Part shown: positions 19,883-28,300 of the stretch, in pieces
Layout: every line of letters begins with the position of its first letter
How positions within the stretch are numbered: position 1 is the stretch's first letter
Assembly: GCA_021202655.1 (NCBI GenBank)
Contig: JAJQCO010000231.1
Coordinates: 25-64,024, forward strand
Reading direction: 5' to 3'
DNA: 64,000 nucleotides
DNA from: Clostridiales bacterium
GTDB taxonomy: Bacteria > Bacillota > Clostridia > Lachnospirales > Lachnospiraceae
Position numbers and translations under genes: made by a program
Notes under the pieces: model-generated
Databases searched by the model: none
Told to the model about the DNA's origin: nothing
Seen by the model: the letters and a program-made list of their open reading frames with translations, nothing else

Positions 19883-20656
19883 CTAACTCCAAATCTTCCA
19901 TGGAGCGTGCCCGGACTGCCACAGCTCCTCCAGTTTTTTCATCTCTCTCTGTGTATCCATACACTGCCAGAATCCGTCATGATAAAAGGACATCAGCTGT
20001 CCCTCTTCGGCCAGGCGCTGCATCGGCCCCTGCTCAAACACGGTCGTATCATCCTCCAGATAATCAAAGATCTCCGGATTCATCACCATGAATCCGCCAT
20101 TGATCAGGGCGCCGTCCCGGTCTGCCTTTTCCCGGAAGGAGTGGACTACGTGATCCTCTCCGATGTCCAGAACGCCCTTCTGCTGCCCGATATTGACCGT
20201 CGTGATGGTGGCTGCCCTCCCGTGAGCCGCATGAAACCGCGCCAGCGCGTGAAGATTCACGGTACAGACGCCGTCCCCGTAGGTCAGCATAAACGGCTCG
20301 TCGCCGATATACGGCTGAATCCGTTTCACCCGTCCGCCGGTCATGGTGTTCACGCCGGTATCAACCAGCGTCACCCGCCACGGCTCCGTACTGTTCTTGT
20401 GAACCTCCATCCGATTGTTTGCCAGGTCAAACGTCACGTCTGACATATGGAGAAAATAATCGGCAAAAAATTCCTTCACCACATATTGTTTATAGCCCAG
20501 ACAGATCACAAACTCGTGAAAGCCGAACTCTGAGTAATATTTCATGATATGCCAGAGGATCGGTCTGCCGCCGATCTCAATCATCGGCTTCGGCATCAGA
20601 TGACTCATCTCGCTGATCCTCGTCCCCAGGCCGCCCGCCAGGATCACTACCTTCAT
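19883..20656 (-). CDS. rfbF: glucose-1-phosphate cytidylyltransferase
   Basis: MKVVILAGGLGTRISE..KPMIEIGGRPILWHIMK..YFLHMSDVTFD..NRMEVH, collinear with my recollection of Salmonella RfbF over the whole length. 257 aa. Confidence 0.92.
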   Translation of the reverse strand: MKVVILAGGLGTRISEMSHLMPKPMIEIGGRPILWHIMKYYSEFGFHEFVICLGYKQYVVKEFFADYFLHMSDVTFDLANNRMEVHKNSTEPWRVTLVDTGVNTMTGGRVKRIQPYIGDEPFMLTYGDGVCTVNLHALARFHAAHGRAATITTVNIGQQKGVLDIGEDHVVHSFREKADRDGALINGGFMVMNPEIFDYLEDDTTVFEQGPMQRLAEEGQLMSFYHDGFWQCMDTQREMKKLEELWQSGHAPWKIWS

Positions 20657-20737
20657 GCTTCATCCTTTCCCGGATGTCCGTCCATCCGTCCGCCGTCCGG
20701 ATTTTTCATCCGTCCGCGCGCCACTCCCCGTCTGCGC

Positions 20738-22618
20738 TCAGTCTGCCTGCATGGTCAGAAGAACCGCCAGATTCGTATCTCCGCGCACCTCCAGCGCATT
20801 CGGCACGTAAAAGTTCGTCTCAAACCGGAGCGTTACCGGTTCATAGGGATCCACCTGGATCGAAAGTCCCATGGTATTCTCCGTAAAGTGAATGTACTCA
20901 TATGGCTCGTCATTCAGATAGACCGTCAGCCACTGGTCCTCCTGTAAATCTCTCGGATAGGTAAACGCCAGATTGATGGTTCCCGTGCTTCCCGCCATCA
21001 CCTGGACCGACGATTTCTCATCCAGCCATCCGTCGTCGTAATATCCGTAAAGCGGACGACATTTGAACAGCTTCACCGTGTGCGTCACATCCTGAAAACG
21101 GTTATTCTCCGGATCCTCCTGGATCACCAGCATCTGATCCGTATCAATCAGGCCGATATCCCGGATATCGTCGATGTGAACCACCTTCGTGCTGTCCTCG
21201 CGTTTCAGCCGGTCAAACACCTTGAAAAAATTCTGCTCTGTAAACTCTTCCATCTCAAAATCATGACCGATGACAAAAATCGTTTTCCCGAAAATCCCGA
21301 CGCCGTACTGGCCGAAGGTTTCCTCTGCCAGCGAATTGTAGCGTTCCTGCTCCGCCCAATAATACAGGTTCGGATAAAGCCCCCGGTAATACTGCTCCAC
21401 CGGCAGCATGAAGACGACATAAAGCGTGAACATGGCAAGAAAGGGAATCGCCTTCACATAATTGCCCTTCTCCATCGTCCCTTCCGTCAGCACGCCGTAC
21501 ATCCATGAGAGGAACAGAAGCGCCGCCGCATAAGAGACGTAAATCCACCGCATCTCCACCCGGATCGTCACGCTGGAGCACACAATACAGGCTCCGATGA
21601 ACATGACAAAGAGCGTCGCCGTCTTCAGATGCAGAATCCGGTTCCGGCGAACGCGGATCTGCCGTGCAAGAAAGGTGATGACAAACAGGATCAGCATCAG
21701 ATCGGCAAAGACAATCAGGATCGTTACCCACATGGGCGCCTCGCGCCAGTTCTGCCCGTTCAGGTGCTCCGGACCGGCATTGACGCCAAACAGATAGGCC
21801 ACCTGGCTGAGCACGAACTTGATCACGCCGGACACAGAAACCGTGTCAGCCACATTTGTCCCGCCGGTCCCAGCCGGCGATACGCTTCCGATTACCAGGA
21901 AACGGATCAGCTGCACCGCGCCAAAGCTGGCGACGGACGCGATCCAGAGCCTGATATCCCTGCACCTGCGAAACAGAAGCACCACGAAAAACAGCGGCAA
22001 TAACACCATATAACGCTCGTGGACAAAACAGACCGCCAAGTACAGACCCAGGGCAGGTAAAAACCGCTTTTCCCCCTGCCCGTCCACGTCGTTCAGATAT
22101 TCGTACAGCAGATACAAAATCATGATCGCCAGCCACAGCGCCATGGACTCCATCAGCCCCAGCGCCTGACCGATCTGATAATAGGCCATCCGCGACATCA
22201 GATAGGCCAGCCCGCATCCCACGCCCATATACGGCGAGCGGCTGAAGCGGTGCGACATCCAATAAATGGTATAGGCAATCAGTGTGTTGAGCAGAATATT
22301 AAACGGGACATACCAGTTTACATTGGGTCCGAACACGGCCATCTCCAGATACGCCGCCAGATTATAAAGGAACCGGCATCTTGTCCCGCCGAAGGTAAAG
22401 ATCGCCTGTAGGAAACCGACCGAATGAAAGCTGTACCACTGGTACAGATCGTCCATGTAGAGTCCTTCCATCTTCATGTCCCGGTTGACAAAGCATGCAA
22501 AAGCCGCCAGCAGTCCCAGCACCAGAAGCTCCGTCCGCCACTGCAGCGCATGCCGAAACCAGCTGTAGCCGAGGGATTCTCCCTGTGTTTTTCCTGTCCG
22601 ATCCAACTGTTTTTCCAT
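20738..22618 (-). CDS. polytopic membrane protein with a C-terminal extracytoplasmic domain, GT-C-like glycosyltransferase candidate
   Basis: About 13-14 hydrophobic segments over the first ~430 aa. An acidic YMDDLY motif follows the first transmembrane segment, as in GT-C enzymes. A ~200-aa soluble C-terminus is present. The ATG at 22618 follows GGGAGA. Confidence 0.55.
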   Translation of the reverse strand: MEKQLDRTGKTQGESLGYSWFRHALQWRTELLVLGLLAAFACFVNRDMKMEGLYMDDLYQWYSFHSVGFLQAIFTFGGTRCRFLYNLAAYLEMAVFGPNVNWYVPFNILLNTLIAYTIYWMSHRFSRSPYMGVGCGLAYLMSRMAYYQIGQALGLMESMALWLAIMILYLLYEYLNDVDGQGEKRFLPALGLYLAVCFVHERYMVLLPLFFVVLLFRRCRDIRLWIASVASFGAVQLIRFLVIGSVSPAGTGGTNVADTVSVSGVIKFVLSQVAYLFGVNAGPEHLNGQNWREAPMWVTILIVFADLMLILFVITFLARQIRVRRNRILHLKTATLFVMFIGACIVCSSVTIRVEMRWIYVSYAAALLFLSWMYGVLTEGTMEKGNYVKAIPFLAMFTLYVVFMLPVEQYYRGLYPNLYYWAEQERYNSLAEETFGQYGVGIFGKTIFVIGHDFEMEEFTEQNFFKVFDRLKREDSTKVVHIDDIRDIGLIDTDQMLVIQEDPENNRFQDVTHTVKLFKCRPLYGYYDDGWLDEKSSVQVMAGSTGTINLAFTYPRDLQEDQWLTVYLNDEPYEYIHFTENTMGLSIQVDPYEPVTLRFETNFYVPNALEVRGDTNLAVLLTMQAD

Positions 22619-22767
22619 CTCGTAACAATCTCCCTGCATTCGAACTGACTTTGCGAACCTTCCCGGCATCCTCATCTGCCGGACTTTTTCTGACTCTCCC
22701 CATATGCGCGGTATGCGCCCCTGTAAAAAAACATCAGCAGCTTCACGATCGGCTTCGGACAGATCTT

Positions 22768-23478
22768 TTAATACATCGCCGTCTCATCCGCAGCTGTCGT
22801 GTGATCCTGAATACAGGCCTTTGTCGTCGGCCCCTCATGAATCCGGTGATACAAAAGCGGCCTCTCCGCGCAGACAAAACGCCCCGGCCTCCCCGCCAGC
22901 TTCCATAAGGTGTCCCAGTCCAGCGCAAAGGAAAACGGCGAATCAAACAGCGGTTCCCCCAGCGCATCCTTATCGTAGGTGCAGGACGGGCAGATCACCG
23001 GATTGCCAAAGAGAAGCGCCGCGCGCTTTACGCATGTCCGGTCTGACAGCCGTCTAAGCCTTAACGGCAGGCGAAGCAGCCGTTTCACAAGATGGACAAG
23101 CCCCTGTCTCTGAATCCGGTTCTCCTTTATGATGACACAGTCGGTCGAAAAGACGGTCGTATCCGGATTCCTCCGCCAGCATTCCCGCACCGCCCTCGCA
23201 TAATCCCTGTGATAGCAGTCATCCTGATGCGCGATCGTCACCAGACCGTCCCCTGCCTTCTGATACGCAAAATTCCAGTCGTTCTGGATTCCTCCCGGCC
23301 CTTTTCGGACAAACAGCGGAAGCGCATAAGACTTTGCCAGCGCCTCAATATAAGGACTCGGCGTGGAAGTGCAGAGTATAATCCTCGACGGGACGGACTG
23401 ACGCTTTAAAGAGCGGATACACGCCTCCAGATAAGGCGAATCGCCATAAGCGCAGACTGCAAAGGTATGTTTTCTCAT
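22768..23478 (-). CDS. glycosyltransferase family 2-like protein
   Basis: The start MRKHTFAVCAYGDSPYLEACIRSLKRQ is typical of a GT-A N-terminus, and QDDCY is a DxD-like motif. Its ATG overlaps the gmhA stop (ATGA at 23476-23480). The longer track ORF would overlap gmhA. Confidence 0.7.
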   Translation of the reverse strand: MRKHTFAVCAYGDSPYLEACIRSLKRQSVPSRIILCTSTPSPYIEALAKSYALPLFVRKGPGGIQNDWNFAYQKAGDGLVTIAHQDDCYHRDYARAVRECWRRNPDTTVFSTDCVIIKENRIQRQGLVHLVKRLLRLPLRLRRLSDRTCVKRAALLFGNPVICPSCTYDKDALGEPLFDSPFSFALDWDTLWKLAGRPGRFVCAERPLLYHRIHEGPTTKACIQDHTTAADETAMY

Positions 23479-24125
23479 CAGAAAAAATGCTCCTCCAGCA
23501 TCAGACACAGCGCATGATAGATCGGCAGGTGAAACTCCTGAATCCGGTAGGTTTCTGTCTCCGGCACAATCACCGACACATCGGCGCGCTGTCCCAGCCT
23601 GCCGCCATCCTTTCCGGTCAGCGCGATGACCTTGAGCCCCTTCGCCTTTGCCATCGTCACAGCGTAATCCACATTTTTCGCATTTCCCGAGGTCGAGATG
23701 CCAAGAAAGACATCTCCCCTGGCGCCATAGCCATTCACCTGCTGCGCATAGGTCATATCCGCATTCACGTCGTTGGCAAACGCCGTGGTCAGGCATACAT
23801 GCCCGGTCACCGCGATCGCGGGGAGGCCGCATTCCAGGCCCTCCGCCAGCATCGCTCCATGCTCCGGATCCAGCTCCCTCATCGCGTCCTTCAGCTCACG
23901 CGACAGCGGATGCTTCTTCTTAAAGCTCTTCATCAGCTCGCCCACAATATGCTGTGCGTCCGCGCAGCTCCCGCCGTTTCCGGCGATCAGAAGCTTGCCG
24001 CCGTGGGAATAGCACTCTACGAGAACCTCAAACGCCATCCGGATCTGAGAGCAGATCGGCAAGAGCCGCGGATACCGCTCGATCAGTTCGTCCAGAATCG
24101 CCTGTTCCTTTTCCGATAATACCAT
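23478..24125 (-). CDS. gmhA: D-sedoheptulose-7-phosphate isomerase (SIS domain)
   Basis: LLIAGNGGSCADAQHIVGELM, GISTSGNAKN and VIALTGKDGG motifs, ~215 aa. Confidence 0.85.
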   Translation of the reverse strand: MVLSEKEQAILDELIERYPRLLPICSQIRMAFEVLVECYSHGGKLLIAGNGGSCADAQHIVGELMKSFKKKHPLSRELKDAMRELDPEHGAMLAEGLECGLPAIAVTGHVCLTTAFANDVNADMTYAQQVNGYGARGDVFLGISTSGNAKNVDYAVTMAKAKGLKVIALTGKDGGRLGQRADVSVIVPETETYRIQEFHLPIYHALCLMLEEHFF

Positions 24126-24186
24126 AAATCCTCCAGTTATCCCTGTTTCGCAAGCCCTGTCGACACGAAAAATTCAACCTGGCTTT

Positions 24187-25257
24187 TTATACCGGGAACA
24201 CATAATCCCGGTCTGGCAGATGCACCTTTACATTCCTGTAATCCCAACGGTCTTCATCCACAATCCACGTCTGCGCGCCGCGCAGCTCAAACACCCAGTC
24301 CGTCAGCTGACCGCCCAGCGCCTCGAGTCTGGCCGCCACCTTATGCTTCACATTGTACGGACAGTACACGAGCAGATATCCGCCTCCACCTGCCCCCAGC
24401 AGCTTGCCGCCCAGGGCTCCGGCCTTCATCGCCTCTTCATACAGCTCATCCACCTGCGGATTCGTGATCTTGCTGCTCATCCGCTTCTTGCTCTCCCAGC
24501 CGTAATTTAACAGACGGCCAAAGCTGTTTAAATTTCCCTTCAGCAGCTCGTCCTTCATCGCGTAGGCCAGCGCCTTCACCTCGCACATCGCCTCGAAGCT
24601 GTCTCTGACCTCATAGTTTTTCACCTGGTCCTGGATGATGTTGGCGGACACATGAACCTTGCCCGTATAACACAGCAGCAGATTGTACTGAAGCTCATGG
24701 TAAATGTCTTTTTTTATCCGCAGCGGGTTTACCACGACCTGATTGCGGCCGTGAAATTCGATAAAATTGAACCCGCCAAAGGTCGACGCGTACTGGTCCT
24801 GATAACCGCCGTCAATCTTTAAATCCTCGCGCTCTACCTGATAAGCCAGATCTGCCAGCCGGTAGGCGTCCATCTCCACGCCCTTCCAGCGCGCCATCGC
24901 GACCAGAAGCGACACCATCACCGCCGAGGAGGTCCCGAGGCCCGATCCGGGCGGTGCGTCACACTGCAAAAATACCTCGCAGCCCTGGCGGATCTTCATC
25001 TCCTTCATCGCCGCCTTCACCAGATCCAGCTTGCCGTCATAGACAAAATTTTCGTTCGTATTGTATTTGATCGTCATGTCATAGTCCAGGGAATGGACAA
25101 TGATCTGATCGTCTTCTCTCGGCACGATCGAGCAGTACGCATACTTGTTGATCGTACTTCCGATGATCGCCCCGCCCTGATTCTCACAAAACGGAGAGAC
25201 ATCTGTCCCGCCGCCGCCGAAGCTGACGCGCAGCGGCGCCCTTCCCCGAATCACCAT
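24187..25257 (-). CDS. hddA: GHMP-family sugar kinase, D-glycero-alpha-D-manno-heptose-7-phosphate kinase type
   Basis: RAPLRVSFGGGGTDVSPF N-terminus, GHMP motif PPGSGLGTSSA, and adjacency to gmhA. Confidence 0.75.
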   Translation of the reverse strand: MVIRGRAPLRVSFGGGGTDVSPFCENQGGAIIGSTINKYAYCSIVPREDDQIIVHSLDYDMTIKYNTNENFVYDGKLDLVKAAMKEMKIRQGCEVFLQCDAPPGSGLGTSSAVMVSLLVAMARWKGVEMDAYRLADLAYQVEREDLKIDGGYQDQYASTFGGFNFIEFHGRNQVVVNPLRIKKDIYHELQYNLLLCYTGKVHVSANIIQDQVKNYEVRDSFEAMCEVKALAYAMKDELLKGNLNSFGRLLNYGWESKKRMSSKITNPQVDELYEEAMKAGALGGKLLGAGGGGYLLVYCPYNVKHKVAARLEALGGQLTDWVFELRGAQTWIVDEDRWDYRNVKVHLPDRDYVFPV

Positions 25258-25380
25258 ACCATGACTCCTTTCTTTTCCTTCAAAGCCAATCAGATTTCGC
25301 CTCTTGGACTTTCTCAGTATAGCATCTTTGCACGTAAGATTCTACCATCATCATAAAAATTTAATAACTGTCCGGAATCC

Positions 25381-28300
25381 TTATGATTTCTCCTGCTCGA
25401 AGTCTTCCTCAATCATACGCCAGGCGGCGTCCATACTGAAATGCTTCCGGATATAGGTCTGCGTCTTTTCGCACAGCCTCCGGCAGGCTTCCTCATCCTG
25501 ATACAGCGCGACCACAGCCTCGGCAAACTTCTCCGGCGCATCCTCGACGATCAGGACATCCTCGACCTGCGGGATTCCCTCCGCGCCGACCGACGTGGTG
25601 ATAATCGGCGCGCCGTTGTAAATCGCCTCGACGACCTTTCCCTTCACACCGGCGCCGTAACGCAGCGGGACGACGACAATCCGGCAGCTCGCATAGAGCC
25701 CTGCAAGCTCCTCTTCTGTGACAAAGCCGCGGATGATAATCCCGTTGTCAGGCTGCTGCAGCGCCCGGATTTCGTCCGTCACCCGCGATCCCACGACAAT
25801 AAAATCCGGCGGAGTCTGTCCGGCCTGCTCAAAACGCTGCCGAATCCCGGGGTAAATCTCCTTCGCAAACCACAAAACCGCGTCGGCATTCGGCGGATGC
25901 GCGAAGCCTCCGACAAACAGAAGCCCCTCCCGCTTCGCAAAGTCTTCCTCGATGTCGTCCTTAAACTCATCGTACACATAGGCCGTGATATCCTTCACGC
26001 AGATAGTCGGGTCGATCTCGCGGATCGCGTCCCGCTCGACACAGGACGGATAATAGGAAACCGCCGCCTTGCTCATCAGCGTCAGCTCCACAGACTTCCA
26101 GTATTCCGCATCCTCCCGGATCTTCGGATCGCCGGTAATCTGATACTCGCGGCTCTCCCGCAAAAAATGCAGATCATGCCCGTAATAAATCACCTTCGTA
26201 TCCGTATTATCCAGGATATAGTCAATATATTTCGACGCAATGTGCGGCCGGTTCAGATACGCGATCGCGATATCGTCCCCGTGATTTCGCAGCCACTCCC
26301 AGATCTTCGTCTGGTATTCCGGCCCGTAAAGGACCTCAATCCCCATCTGCTCAAGCGTCGTCGTGTACGGCTCCTCATGCATGAAGTTATCCCCGAGGAA
26401 CTTCACCTGATAGCCCTTCTTTAAAAACATTTTCAGGTACTGGAAGGTCGTTTTCGATCCCGCGTCCCGGTCATACGTCGGCACATAATGATCAACCACC
26501 AGGATGATTTTCTTCCCCATACTGCGCTCACGCGCGCGGAAGGGATCCGGATTCCCGGTATTTTCACACTGAAGCTTCAGCTCCTCCGCCCACTTCTCCT
26601 TTAACTTCCTGGCGTTCACCGCCTGATAGCGTTTCATGCCCGTCCCCTGCACGTCCGTGCCGTTGGAAACGCCTTCAAAATGGACCACCTTCGAGAGCGG
26701 CTGATAGACCACCCGCAGTCCTGCCTTGCGCACCTCAAACGCCAGATCAGAATCCTCACAGTATGCCGGGGCAAAGCGCGTGTCAAAGCCGCCGATCTGC
26801 TTCCACAGATCGGTCGAAAGCAGGATCGCCGCGCCGGAAATATAATCTACGTCCTTCACATAATTATATTCCGGCTTGTCCGGATCATCCAGACGTCCGT
26901 AATTCCAGCCGGATCCGTCGCTCCAGATGATGCCGCCCGCTTCCTGCAGGCGTCCGTCCGGATAGACCAGCTTTGACCCCACCATACCGATCGTCGGATC
27001 TGACTCGATCAGACGAACGAGGGAGCTAAGCCAGCCCTCCGTCACCTGCGTGTCATTGTTCAGAAACATGATATAACGGCCCTTCGCGTGCCGCGCCGCG
27101 CTGTTACAGTTGCGAAGGAAGCCCTGGTTTGTGCTGTTGCGGCAGATCACAAGCCCTTCCGCGAAATCCGCCAGACGCTCCGTCGCATCCGTCGACACAT
27201 CATCCGCAATGATAATCTCATAGGAAACATCCGTCGTATGCTGCAAAATGGAAAGCAGACAGGCATAGGTGTATGAGATCTGATTGTAAACCGGAATGAT
27301 AATGGAAACTGTCGGATCCTCCACATGCTCAAAATGCAGCTTCCCGTGTTCCTTATAAATATCTCCGATATGAAAATCGCCGTCCCGCAGGTTCTTCCCC
27401 TCCGGCGTCCCGTAGAGCCGCCTCGACCGAATCGGATGAAGCAGATATTCCTTGCGGTATTGCAGCTTCTTTCGCTGCATCGAGCCGCGCGGATATTTCT
27501 CGTTAAACTTATCTCCCAGCCTGCGCCGGCACTTTGACAGGATCGCCTCATGGCTGTTTAAATACGTCAGGGTCTTTCCCATCTCGTCAATCTCATGGCG
27601 CAGATCCCGGATGATCGTCTCCAGGTTCGTCACGTGATTGTTTGTCAGGCGCTGAATCTCCGTGATCTTGCGGATCTCCACATCCTTCTCCCGACTGTGG
27701 ATTTTCATCTGCTCGATCCGCTCGCGCGCACGCGAAAGATCGCTCTCCGTCTGACGAATCTCCCGGATTCCGCGCGAATAAACCATGTAATTGCCCAGAT
27801 AGAGCTGCCGGTTTTCCCCATGAACATAATTCTGGAAGCTCTCCTCCATCTTCTGATACACGTCCGCCATCTCCGGCGAAATATCAAACGCATCGAGGAT
27901 CGTCTCCAGGGCCGTCCGCCCCATCACACTGGAATACTGCTCATAAAAATAATACAGGATGCGATATTTGACAAAATGCTCCGGCACCGGGAAAAGGAAT
28001 ACCCATTCATAATCCAGGCAATAGATTCCCTTCTCCGTCAGGATCATATTTTCAAACAGCGCGTCAATATTGGAAACCTCGCAGGCCGTGTCCCGGTCCA
28101 GCACGGCAAGCTCCTCTTCGGAAAGCCCCGCCCCGAACACCTCCAGAAACGCATCCGTCCGCGAAAAAGCGCTCCGGCAACGCTCGTCGATGTCATAAAT
28201 CTGATTCATCGCCGAGGCGAGCGCATCAAGCGGCATCCGACCGCCCTCAATCTGCGCCCCCAGCCGCTCCGCCATCGTCTCTCCGATGAGATACGGGAAA

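Noticed and set aside
23479-23832. 118-codon N-terminal extension of the GT2 ORF 22768-23832.
   Set aside because: It lies entirely inside gmhA in another frame. The ATG at 23478 forms an ATGA overlap with the gmhA stop and starts a typical GT-A N-terminus.
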